The notes under the pieces: generated by a model
Told to the model about the DNA's origin: nothing
Database searches by the model: none
The model's input: the letters and a program-made list of their open reading frames with translations, nothing else
Source of the DNA: Candidatus Latescibacterota bacterium
GTDB lineage: Bacteria > Latescibacterota > UBA2968 > GCA-2709665
Assembly: GCA_965237675.1 (NCBI GenBank)
Contig: OZ250150.1
Coordinates: 3,680,001-3,744,000, forward strand
Reading direction: 5' to 3'
Length of the DNA: 64,000 nucleotides
Position numbers and translations under genes: made by a program
In this document: positions 9,787-18,920 of the stretch, in pieces
Position numbering within the stretch: position 1 is the stretch's first letter
Layout: each line of letters starts with the position of its first letter

Positions 9787-11475
9787 GTGTCCAGGCAGGT
9801 GGCGAAATTGCAGGTTCGCATCGAGCGCAACGTTGAAGCAAGCATGCGGGATGGCGTCATTCTTCGAGCCGACGTGGCGCGGCCCGCCGCACCGGGGAAG
9901 TTTCCCGTGCTTGTTCAGCGTACCCCTTATGGCAAGGCAGTAAATTCCAAGCTCGCCGAGGCTGGTTATGTAGTCATTTCACAGGACATGCGGGGGAGGT
10001 ATGCTTCAAACGGAGAGTTCACACCGATGTTTATGCCGGGCTATCAGGATGCCGCGGATGGCTACGATAGCGTGGAATGGGCGGCGGCCTTGCCGTATGC
10101 GGACGGAAAGGTAGGGGTGTACGGGATTTCCTATCCGTCCTGGGCGTCGTGGGAACTCGCGTCTGCCAGGCCGCCGCACCTGGTCGCCATGTTCAACGGA
10201 GGGTACGCGACGCGGTTGACGGACTGGGAACTCGGCGGCGTGCTGCGCACCGGACGCGTGCAGCAGTGGCTCTTTCGATCCCTGGGCCCGGATCTGCGTC
10301 GCCGCAGCGGGTTGCCCGAGCCGCATACGCCGGCACAGGCAAAGGAAATGGCCGGCAAGGATCGGGAGAAACCGTTGTGGTTCGTGCCGCTGAAGGAGGT
10401 GCCGGAGGAGTACGCAGGGGGCTGCCGGGAGATATGGCACTACTGGATGGACCACCATCACGACGATATTTTTGATTTCGAGAAACGGCACGCGCAGGTG
10501 GACGTGCCAGTGCTCCACATTACCGGTTGGCATGACCGGCTGGTCCTGACGGTCGATCACTTTAAGGGGATGCGCAGGAGCGGGCGCACGCAGGCCACAC
10601 AAATGGCGCAGCGGCTGATTGTCGGTCCATGGCCCCATGGGTCGCAGGGTCCGCGGCAGGTCGGCGAAATGGACTTCGGAAAATCGGCGGCGGTCGACTT
10701 CAACGCATTGATGATCCGATGGTTCGATTACTGGCTCAAAGGCAAACCCAATGGAATGATGCGGACTGCGCCTGTCCGATATTTCGTGATGGGTGAGAAC
10801 CGGTGGCGAACCGCGGCGGCCTGGCCGGTACCCGAAGCGAAGCCCGTGTCGTTCCATCTGGTCTCGGACGGCGGCGCAAACGGTGCTTCAGGGGACGGGA
10901 GGCTGGTAAGAAGACGTCCACGGGAATCCGGCAGCGACCGGTACGATTACGACCCGCGCGATCCGGTGATGTCACTGTTTTACGAGAGCTGCCAGGACGC
11001 CCCGTACGATCAGCGGCGGCTGGACGGCCGACGGGATGTACTTGTGTATCAGAGCCGCCACCTGCGGAAGGGCGTTCGCCTGGTCGGCCGCCCGGAAGTG
11101 GTGCTGCACGCGGCTTCCAGCGCCAGGGACACGGACTTTATCGTCAAGTTGATGGATGTCCGCCCGGACGGATTTGTCCACCAGGTGAGTTACGGAATCG
11201 TGCGGGCGAGGTTTCGGGCCGGGTTTGACAACCCTGAGATGCTGCTGGAGGGGCAAATCTATCAATACCGGATCTCGATGCTCCCAACGGCGGTATTGTT
11301 CCGGCCCGGTCACCGGATCCGGCTGGACGTGACGAGTTCGGACTTTCCGAATTTCGACCGGAATCACAACACAGGTGGAGACGACTACGGGGAAGCCACA
11401 TTCGTGATCGCCCATCAGGTGGTATTCCATGGACCCCATCACCACTCGCATGTGATTCTACCGGTGGTCAGTTGA
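9787..11475 (+). CDS. CocE/NonD family alpha/beta hydrolase
   Basis: MRDGVILRADV, RTPYGK, QDMRGRYASNG, nucleophile GISY, GWHD, GPWPH, SSDFPNFDRN. Confidence 0.92.
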   Translation: MSRQVAKLQVRIERNVEASMRDGVILRADVARPAAPGKFPVLVQRTPYGKAVNSKLAEAGYVVISQDMRGRYASNGEFTPMFMPGYQDAADGYDSVEWAAALPYADGKVGVYGISYPSWASWELASARPPHLVAMFNGGYATRLTDWELGGVLRTGRVQQWLFRSLGPDLRRRSGLPEPHTPAQAKEMAGKDREKPLWFVPLKEVPEEYAGGCREIWHYWMDHHHDDIFDFEKRHAQVDVPVLHITGWHDRLVLTVDHFKGMRRSGRTQATQMAQRLIVGPWPHGSQGPRQVGEMDFGKSAAVDFNALMIRWFDYWLKGKPNGMMRTAPVRYFVMGENRWRTAAAWPVPEAKPVSFHLVSDGGANGASGDGRLVRRRPRESGSDRYDYDPRDPVMSLFYESCQDAPYDQRRLDGRRDVLVYQSRHLRKGVRLVGRPEVVLHAASSARDTDFIVKLMDVRPDGFVHQVSYGIVRARFRAGFDNPEMLLEGQIYQYRISMLPTAVLFRPGHRIRLDVTSSDFPNFDRNHNTGGDDYGEATFVIAHQVVFHGPHHHSHVILPVVS

Positions 11476-11487
11476 CGGTTCCGGGGC

Positions 11488-11516
11488 TTGACACCACGCA
11501 ACCCGCGGCTTATTTT
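11488..11516 (+). promoter_or_regulatory. sigma70-type promoter
   Basis: TTGACA-17 nt-TATTTT upstream of the beta-helix gene. Confidence 0.55.
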
Positions 11517-11576
11517 GCATTCGCGCGAAGACCGCTGGGGGTTTTAAGACAGCTTCTAAGGAACGGAGAGAAGGCG

Positions 11577-12821
11577 ATGATCGATCTTTCAACCAATCGG
11601 CCGATAACGGCGCGCAAGGAAATGGTGTTGACGGTGGGGCAGGACGAAGGGGATCTGCGTGGAACCGACGACAAGGTACTGCAGGCCGGCGCGGACTATC
11701 TCCGCCGGCTTGGAGGCGGAATCCTGCAGATTCTCCCCGGTGTGTATACCATGCGCAACGCGCTTTATCTGCATCCGAACCTGACGGTGCGGGGTGCGGG
11801 GGAAGCAACGGTGCTGAGAAAGGCGCCAGGGTTCAGGACGGATCTGGTGCGGGATTCGGACTGGTACGAAGCGCGGGTGGCCGTCCAGGACGCGGACGGG
11901 TTCGGTATGGGGTGCGGTGTGATGTTGCGGGCATTTCGGGGCGGAGACGGCCGGATGGAAGTCGTGAAAGATACGGTGACCGCGGTGGAAGGCAACCTGG
12001 TTTCCCTGAGCAAGCGGATCTACAAGAATATGTGGCTGGAAGAACGAGCCACGCTGGCAACGGTTTTCCCGATTCTGACCGCGGAAGAGGGTGTACATGA
12101 TGTTCGGGTTGAGAACCTCGTACTGGATGGGAACCGTGAGGAAAATGAGGAGATAAACGGGAACTATTCCGGTGCGGTGTTCCTGCAGCGCTGTCACCGG
12201 TACCGGTTTTCGAACGTAACCGCACGGAACTACAATGGGGACGGGTTCAGCTTTCAGGTCTGCGACGATTTCGTCTTTGAGAACTGCGTGTCGCAGGGGA
12301 ACGCGAATCTGGGTTTCCATCCCGGCAGCGGGTCACAACGGCCGGTGTTTCGGAACTGCCGGTCCACCGGCAACAGCCAGGGTATCTTTTTCTGCTGGGG
12401 GGTGTCGGACGGCTTCGCGGAGAATTGTATCTGCTCGGACAATCTCGACTTTGGCGTCTCCATAGGACACAGAGACACCGACAATCGGATTCAGCACTGT
12501 ACCATCGAGCGCAACCATAAAGTGGGCGTGCTTTTTCGCGAGCCCCAGGCCGAATTCAGGGGTGCTCACCGGAACGTCGTGGCGGCCTGCCAGATTCGGG
12601 ACAACGGATTCACCGAAGACGGAACGGGTGTGGACATTCGCGGGGAGACGCACCAGGTGGAAATTCGCGACTGCCGGATCGAAGACACCGGTGAGGGAAA
12701 ACAGAAAATCGGCATACGGATCGACGAACGGGCAAAGGAAATCGTCGTCGAAGGGAATCGGTTCCGAAATCTGGAAGAAAACGTCAGAGCAGGAGGCGTC
12801 AGGGAGGTCGCGCAAGTTTAA
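11577..12821 (+). CDS. Right-handed parallel beta-helix protein (pectin lyase fold)
   Basis: GGGILQILPGVY N-terminal cap and repeated N/C-rich coils (N..GDG, FENC, FRNC, NC...DN); ATG 11577 after GGAGAGAAGG. Confidence 0.8.
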   Translation: MIDLSTNRPITARKEMVLTVGQDEGDLRGTDDKVLQAGADYLRRLGGGILQILPGVYTMRNALYLHPNLTVRGAGEATVLRKAPGFRTDLVRDSDWYEARVAVQDADGFGMGCGVMLRAFRGGDGRMEVVKDTVTAVEGNLVSLSKRIYKNMWLEERATLATVFPILTAEEGVHDVRVENLVLDGNREENEEINGNYSGAVFLQRCHRYRFSNVTARNYNGDGFSFQVCDDFVFENCVSQGNANLGFHPGSGSQRPVFRNCRSTGNSQGIFFCWGVSDGFAENCICSDNLDFGVSIGHRDTDNRIQHCTIERNHKVGVLFREPQAEFRGAHRNVVAACQIRDNGFTEDGTGVDIRGETHQVEIRDCRIEDTGEGKQKIGIRIDERAKEIVVEGNRFRNLEENVRAGGVREVAQV

Positions 12822-12981
12822 CAGTCCGTTGATAAAGTCGCTCTGCAGGCGAGGCCGAGTCATTGTGGCCGAAGACAAGGCGCGCGACCGCGTCGAATCG
12901 GGGGATTCGGAGAGGGAGTGCAACGCAGTAATTCGGCCACAAGGGCCGGACGTAGCCCGGATGGACTTTTTCAACGGGCTG
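12822..12981. mobile_element. Palindromic MITE-like element B (160 bp)
   Basis: Terminal inverted repeats CAGTCCGTTGATAAAGTC / GACTTTTTCAACGGGCTG (16/18), flanked by TAA and CTA; internal stems TTGTGGCCGAA/TTCGGCCACAA and CGAATC/GATTCG. Confidence 0.7.
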
Positions 12982-12995
12982 CTAAGGAGCTAAAC

Positions 12996-13229
12996 ATGGC
13001 GGAATCGTTGAGCGAAGTGGAAATGAAGGACAAAGCGATCCGGTACCTGAAGTCGCAGTACGGCGAGGATACGGTGCGGATGGACATTCGGAACAACGGC
13101 GTGGAAGATGGAAGCGGGGTACTGCAGGTGGACTGTACCGTGAGCGTGGGCGGGTCGCTTTCCGATTGGACGAAGTGGTTCACGTTCAGGCAGGGCGAAG
13201 TGGCGGGCATGCGCTGGCAGATGCGGTAG
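12996..13229 (+). CDS. Hypothetical 77-aa protein
   Basis: TAAGGAG RBS; protein-like sequence MAESLSEVEMKDKAIRYLKSQYGEDTV...WTKWFTF. Confidence 0.7.
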   Translation: MAESLSEVEMKDKAIRYLKSQYGEDTVRMDIRNNGVEDGSGVLQVDCTVSVGGSLSDWTKWFTFRQGEVAGMRWQMR

Positions 13230-13390
13230 GATCCAACGGACATTCGCGGACCGGCGTTCTGCACCCCACGGTGCGCCCATTCCGTGCGGAGACTTGCATC
13301 CTGCGCGGCGTTAAGCCTGCTGAGGCGCTGGCGGTAGCCGGCAGCCGCGGGCACGTCCGAGCTTCGGAGCATGAATTCGGAGGATCGCAC

Positions 13391-14242
13391 ATGTCGGTAA
13401 AAAACCGAAGTGTTCGCATCGGAATGTTGAAGGCGACGCCCACCAAATGGGACCTTGAGGCGAATTGGGCCGTGTTCGAGGACCAGTTCGCGCGGTATCG
13501 TGACAGCGGTCTGGATCTATTCGTTACGCCGGAGTGTTTTCTTGACGGATACGCCGTGACCGAGGCGGATTGGTCGGTCCCTAAGTTCCAGGGCGCGGCG
13601 CAGACCGTGGGGGAGAGCCCATACGTCCGAAAGGTTCAGGAACTGGCCCGGCGGGCTCAAACCTACATCGTGTTCGGATTTACCGAACTGAAGAATGGCT
13701 GTTTCTACAACGCGGCATTGCTGGCCGGCCGTACCGGCGAGATTCTGGGAACGTATTACAAGACCCATCTGCAGAACCACGACCGCCGCTTCGCCGTGGG
13801 GCGGGATCTTCCCGTATTCGAACTGGATTTCGGGACCGTGGGCCTGGCGATCTGCGCCGACCGCCGATGGCCGGAGTCCATCCGCGTGCTCCGATTGAAG
13901 GGCGCCGAGGTCTGTCTGATGCCGACGTACGGGATGTGGCATCTGGAGAACGAGTGGTGGATGCGCACGCGGTCCTACGAGAACCAGATGTACGTCTGCT
14001 TCGCGCATCCGAACGTGGCGTTCATCGCCGGGCCGAAGGGGCAGCTGGACGCGAAGCTCCAGTCGAACGTACCCGATGTACTGGTGCATGAGATAGACCT
14101 TGAAACCGTGACCGGCGGGAACCATCTGGCAGACCGCAGGCCGGAATTGTACGGGATTCTGTCGGACGGAACCCATCCGTCCCGCCAGGTGCCGTTCGAG
14201 CCGGCCACAACCGATGGTGAATGGAGGAAATCAGGTGACTGA
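13391..14242 (+). CDS. Carbon-nitrogen hydrolase (nitrilase superfamily)
   Basis: Catalytic triad E (TPECFLDGY), K (YYKTHL), C (AICADRRWPE); DRRPELY tail. Confidence 0.92.
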   Translation: MSVKNRSVRIGMLKATPTKWDLEANWAVFEDQFARYRDSGLDLFVTPECFLDGYAVTEADWSVPKFQGAAQTVGESPYVRKVQELARRAQTYIVFGFTELKNGCFYNAALLAGRTGEILGTYYKTHLQNHDRRFAVGRDLPVFELDFGTVGLAICADRRWPESIRVLRLKGAEVCLMPTYGMWHLENEWWMRTRSYENQMYVCFAHPNVAFIAGPKGQLDAKLQSNVPDVLVHEIDLETVTGGNHLADRRPELYGILSDGTHPSRQVPFEPATTDGEWRKSGD

Positions 14243-15266
14243 AGGCAAGTTGGGCGCCGCAATTATCGGCTGCGGGAATATGGGAAAAACCCATGCGCTG
14301 TCGCTGACGGGCTTTGAAGATGTGTCTCTGCGCGTGCTGGTGGATACTGACGAGGGCGCGGCCCGATCGCTGGGTTCGGAGGTCCCGGCTGCGGCGGTAG
14401 GCACGGAATTCCAACGGGCGCTGGACGATCCGACGGTCGACGTCGTGTTTGTCTGCACGCACCACGATCTTCACGCGCCCATGTGTGTGGAGGCGGCGGA
14501 AGCCGGTAAGGATATCTTTTGTGAGAAGCCGCTGGCGATCTGTATCGAGGATTGTGAGGCGATCGCTGACGCTGTAAATGCGGCGGGCGTCAAGTTCATG
14601 ACCGGTTTTCAGGCGCGGTTCTCGCCGTTTGTCTTGAAGTTGAAGGAGGTCACGCCGCGGCCGTGGTTGACGATCGCACAGTATTTCGATCCCAGGTGGG
14701 GAGAACAGAGCTGGGCGAACGACCCGGCTGCCGGCGGAGGCAACGTGTTGAGTCAGGGGTGTCACTGCTTCGACGCGGTTCGTTTTCTGAATCCGTCCGA
14801 GGTGGTATCGATTTACGCGGCCGGTGGGAACTATCATCATCCAACGTTGCCCATCACGGACGCCGTGGCGTGTACGCTGCGGTTTGCGGACGGGGCGGTT
14901 GCCAATGTCGCGATCGGCGACGTGGGCAAGCCGGCGTTGATGGGAAAGGCGGCCTATCAGGTCTTCGCCGGCGACGCGACCGCCAGTCTTTTCAATTACC
15001 ACTGGAATCCCGAGATCCGCCTGTGGGGCGCCGAGCCCGGCCGGCTGACAACAGCCGATATTCCCGGATGTGACGATAGGGATTTTGCACATGGTTATAC
15101 TCAGCAGATGCGGGCTGTGGTGGACTGGTCGCTCAGGGGGGTCGAACCGGCGAACGCGGCGAAATTGGACGACGGCGTGCGGGCGACAACGCTTGCCCTC
15201 CGGGCGATTGAAGCGATTCGCACCGGTGAGGTGCAGGAATTGAACTGGGTGCAGGCGCCTTCCTGA
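14235..15266 (+). CDS. Gfo/Idh/MocA oxidoreductase
   Basis: IIGCGNMG, CEKPLA, GGNVLSQGCHCFD; GTG start after GGAGG. Confidence 0.9.
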   Translation: MTEGKLGAAIIGCGNMGKTHALSLTGFEDVSLRVLVDTDEGAARSLGSEVPAAAVGTEFQRALDDPTVDVVFVCTHHDLHAPMCVEAAEAGKDIFCEKPLAICIEDCEAIADAVNAAGVKFMTGFQARFSPFVLKLKEVTPRPWLTIAQYFDPRWGEQSWANDPAAGGGNVLSQGCHCFDAVRFLNPSEVVSIYAAGGNYHHPTLPITDAVACTLRFADGAVANVAIGDVGKPALMGKAAYQVFAGDATASLFNYHWNPEIRLWGAEPGRLTTADIPGCDDRDFAHGYTQQMRAVVDWSLRGVEPANAAKLDDGVRATTLALRAIEAIRTGEVQELNWVQAPS

Positions 15267-15345
15267 GTACGGCGCAGGCCACGGTAAGCAGACAGTCGGT
15301 GTGGTCTCTGCACCCCTCCAAGCAGCGGACGAAAGGAACTTGAGA

Positions 15346-16401
15346 ATGAGTTACGGTGTCGGATTGGTCGGAAACCGGGCCCATCAGATGAGCTATGGCC
15401 CGATCCTGGAAGCGCGAGAGGATTGCCGGATTGTAGCGGCAGCAGAACACAGGGCTGACAAGGCCAAACCTCTTGAGGAGCGATTCGGAGTCACGTGCGT
15501 CGCGGACTACGAAACGGTACTGGAAAATTCGGACGTGCATATCGTGTCCATTGCCACCGACTTTTACTTGAAGCGACCCCTGATCGCAAAGGCAGTGGCA
15601 TGCGGCAAACACGTTCTGGTGGACAAACCCCTTTCGCGCACCGTTACGGAAGCCCGGGAGATCGTCACCGCAGCTGAGGGGTCGGGGGTCAAGATTGTGT
15701 TGAGCTACCCCATCCGATACCTGCCCGGGCTGGCCGCGCTCGCCCGGGGAATTCGGTCAGGAACGTATGCGAATATAACGTCCTACACCCATAATTTCGT
15801 GCGCCAGTTCAAGGACAGCGACCTGATGCAATACGTGAGTTACCCCACGCCGGTTGACGTGAACGGAGGGGGCGAACTGATGAATCTGGGCAGTCACGCG
15901 GTGGATTATCTTCACCATCTGTTCGGTATGCCCAGACGCATATTCTGCAGAATGCGCAATGCTTATTGGGACGAATACCTGGCATTCGGTACGGAGGATA
16001 TGGCGACTGTCGTGTGCGAATACGGAGGTTTCGTCGCCACGCTGGTGACGGGGCGAAACAAACTCGAGGAGGAGGGGCCATCGGTTAACGCGGTGGACGT
16101 GACTGCCGAGGGCTACTGGATCCACGCGGAGCCTGAAACGATGGGGCTCAACGGCGTGGCGCTGGAATTGCCGCCCTCGCCCACGTCTTATTCGGAATCG
16201 TGCGCGCAGGAGTTGATCGACTGTATTGAAGAGGATCGGGATCCGGTGATGGGCGTGGCGGACGGTTTGGCTGTGGCGGAGATGACAACGGCGGCGTATC
16301 AGTCTGCGCACACCGGCGAGTTTGTAGCAATACCGCTTGAAAATGCGAACCATCCGATGATTCACACCGATAGGCAGGTGATTGAGGGCTATCTGGACTG
16401 A
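15346..16401 (+). CDS. Gfo/Idh/MocA oxidoreductase
   Basis: GKHVLVDKP, GGGELMNLGSHAVD, AAYQSA..G. Confidence 0.88.
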   Translation: MSYGVGLVGNRAHQMSYGPILEAREDCRIVAAAEHRADKAKPLEERFGVTCVADYETVLENSDVHIVSIATDFYLKRPLIAKAVACGKHVLVDKPLSRTVTEAREIVTAAEGSGVKIVLSYPIRYLPGLAALARGIRSGTYANITSYTHNFVRQFKDSDLMQYVSYPTPVDVNGGGELMNLGSHAVDYLHHLFGMPRRIFCRMRNAYWDEYLAFGTEDMATVVCEYGGFVATLVTGRNKLEEEGPSVNAVDVTAEGYWIHAEPETMGLNGVALELPPSPTSYSESCAQELIDCIEEDRDPVMGVADGLAVAEMTTAAYQSAHTGEFVAIPLENANHPMIHTDRQVIEGYLD

Positions 16402-16563
16402 ATTCTCGCGCCTGAAGCCACGTCCGAGCGCCGGTGGATTCAGTCCTGTCGCGGAATACCCCGGATCGACCAACCTGTTGAACCGGGCCGGACGAATCTT
16501 CCCCGCCGCCGGGGTCATTTTTCGGCGGATGCTTTTCAAAGGGACGGCAACTCCGTCGATGAA

Positions 16564-16590
16564 CGGCCCGGGAGGTCAGCTTCCGGGCCG
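16564..16590. terminator. Hairpin between convergent genes
   Basis: CGGCCCGGGAG...CTTCCGGGCCG directly after the minus-strand stop at 16593; no clear U-tract. Confidence 0.35.
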
Positions 16591-16592
16591 CG

Positions 16593-17951
16593 TTAGTCCA
16601 TCAGACGGGCGTTGTACTGGCGGGGACCTGGACAGTAGCCGGAGTAGGCAGGTGGGTGAAAGGGCGCGGGTGTGTAGATGTACACGGCGTCCGCCCACGG
16701 GTTGTAAACGAGCAGGTCCTCGCGTTCATCTCCGCAGAGGTTGGCGGGCACGGCGTGGTACCAGCCCATTTTTTCAGGACCGACGGGGCGGGGAAGATCC
16801 GGTAGGGTCACCGCGGGTTCGCCGTTTCCGTCGAAGAGGATGCCGCCGTTGTAAAGCATTGCGGGCGCATCGAATCCGTTCCAGTAGACCGTTTCCATAC
16901 CGGTTTCGTTTGGCGACCGGTTGAGTCGAAAACGGCGGACAATTCGACCGTTATTGTCTGCCAACAAAACGTCGGGCCGGTGCCCGAGGTAGCGGATGGC
17001 CATTTGTGGTGCGGGTTCTTCAGGCAGGAAGGTGGCCACCCGGACTTCCTGTCCGTGGGGGACAATTGTTTCGCCCAGCGCCAGAATAACGCCGCCGTCG
17101 ACGTCCAGAATATACCCTCCGCCGGAGCAGATGGCGCGCATCCGACCGTTGTCCCACGGTTGGATAGATACGGAGTCCATATTGCGCGCAAGCTGGCGCT
17201 CCCAGCGGGGCGCGCCGTCCGAATCGAGAATGAAATAGCCGCCAAGGATTTCGTCGCGCCCGTCACCGTCCAGATCGCCCACGGCCGGAAGATAGGCGGA
17301 GCAGTGGCCGTAGACGTTCCAGGGGATGGCGTAATCCCACAATAGGTCCAAGTTGTGGTCGAATGCCAGGACCCTTTCACCCAATTTGACCACGATATCC
17401 TGGGGAACGGCGGCGCCTCTGAGGTTGGCAATGAACAGGCGCTGGTGAAACCAGTTGGCGCCCCAACCACGGCAGGCCTTGAGAATCTCCGGGCGAGACT
17501 CCTTTTTGAGTGCTCCCGTCGCGCCGTCGCGTATCTGGACGGTGACATCCGCAAGAGATTCTCTGTCGGTGACGCCGTCCGGACGATGGAAGAAACAGAT
17601 CACTTCGCTCCGGCCGTCCCCGTCCACGTCGTGGATCGAGACGGAACAGGGGCGGAGGGGCTGGGCGCCGCCGTCGCCATCCTGCCACAGAATCTCGCCG
17701 TCAAGGGTGAAGGCGCCCAGAAAACAGGGTTTGAGTTCGCTTGCCGTATCGCAACGGTAAACGAGCAGATCGGCCCGGCCGTCTCCGGTGAGATCTCCCA
17801 GCCGGATATCTCCTCCAAAACGAAGGTTCCGTCCTTCAACCTTTGTCTCCGTCAACAACGTGCCGGGAATCTCAACTCGCCGGAAAAGGATCGCCGGAGC
17901 CGGGTCCTGATCATGTGAATGGCCGGCGGAGGGCTCAGGGAGGGTTGGCAT
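16593..17951 (-). CDS. FG-GAP/beta-propeller protein, rhamnogalacturonan lyase (PL11)-like
   Basis: Repeated DxDGDGxxE calcium-blade motifs (DLTGDGRAD, DVDGDGRSE, DLDGDGRDE, NLCGDERED). Confidence 0.7.
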   Translation of the reverse strand: MPTLPEPSAGHSHDQDPAPAILFRRVEIPGTLLTETKVEGRNLRFGGDIRLGDLTGDGRADLLVYRCDTASELKPCFLGAFTLDGEILWQDGDGGAQPLRPCSVSIHDVDGDGRSEVICFFHRPDGVTDRESLADVTVQIRDGATGALKKESRPEILKACRGWGANWFHQRLFIANLRGAAVPQDIVVKLGERVLAFDHNLDLLWDYAIPWNVYGHCSAYLPAVGDLDGDGRDEILGGYFILDSDGAPRWERQLARNMDSVSIQPWDNGRMRAICSGGGYILDVDGGVILALGETIVPHGQEVRVATFLPEEPAPQMAIRYLGHRPDVLLADNNGRIVRRFRLNRSPNETGMETVYWNGFDAPAMLYNGGILFDGNGEPAVTLPDLPRPVGPEKMGWYHAVPANLCGDEREDLLVYNPWADAVYIYTPAPFHPPAYSGYCPGPRQYNARLMD

Positions 17952-17989
17952 GTCAACGCTTCGAACCCGTCAAGAAAAGTGGGTGGCAG

Positions 17990-18295
17990 CTACTCCTGCC
18001 GGCTTGCTTCGTGCTCTCGCCGACGCACGAGTACGCGCTCGAATCTCTCAGAAAGGCTTTCTCCCGGTCGAGAGAACCGAAGCATGCTTTCGCGAGACAT
18101 TACCATCATCGTGCCCAGCGCAGGATCGGGATAACGACAGAAGCTGTGTTTGACTGCCTCCCCTGTTATACAGCAGTGGGTTTCAAGCGGGAATTCGAAA
18201 TCGCCGTCGAGTAGACTGCTGGACTTGGTTCCGACTTCCGGCGCGTTATCGGCCGGAAGTTTGTAGTCAGGGTAGAACTGATCTTTTTCAGACAT
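17990..18295 (-). CDS. Hypothetical 101-aa protein
   Basis: AAGGAG RBS on the minus strand; co-directional with the propeller gene. Confidence 0.7.
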   Translation of the reverse strand: MSEKDQFYPDYKLPADNAPEVGTKSSSLLDGDFEFPLETHCCITGEAVKHSFCRYPDPALGTMMVMSRESMLRFSRPGESLSERFERVLVRRREHEASRQE

Positions 18296-18530
18296 CGGAT
18301 ATGGACTCCTTGAGCAAAACGTTGCTTGTTGGCCGCGGTGTGTCCGCGGACTGTACCCGTGCCATCAATTGACCTGGTAACCGGTTCGCCAGGCGCGTCG
18401 TACGTTTACAAGTGCCGCGGGTCCGCGGATGCGGTGTCTACACGTCCGGGCGCTGTCGATGAACGACGGTCGGTTCGCGTGCGTACCGCGACGCGACCAA
18501 CAACCCGGGTGCGTAAACACAGAAGCAGGA

Positions 18531-18560
18531 AATATAAATCGGAAGACCGCTGATTGTCAA
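18531..18560 (-). promoter_or_regulatory. sigma70-type promoter
   Basis: Minus strand TTGACA-18 nt-TATATT. Confidence 0.5.
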
Positions 18561-18920
18561 CAGAAACCGGAGCAACGCGGGGAAACTCATGACCGTTTTT
18601 CCGGACGGGCCTGGCATTGAGGGTCGCGTCCATGAAGCACACCCCGCGAGCAAAACCCCCGCTCTCCCGAGGGTTCGGGCGGATTCGAGCGATTGCTTTG
18701 GGCTTGATTTTTGGGTTCGGAATTGCTTATTGTTTTGAGGAATGCGTTCAAGATCGTCCATATATCGGGCAGCGGAGGCGGCGAAATCAATTGATCAATC
18801 CCCGCATCCCCGGTGCGTGTCCACGTCGGCGGATGGTGCCAAACCGGCTGAGGTGGCGTCACATATGTAGTCCTGGTGTGCCCCCGCACAGGATCGAGGC
18901 GCGTTAGGGTTGGAGGGTTC

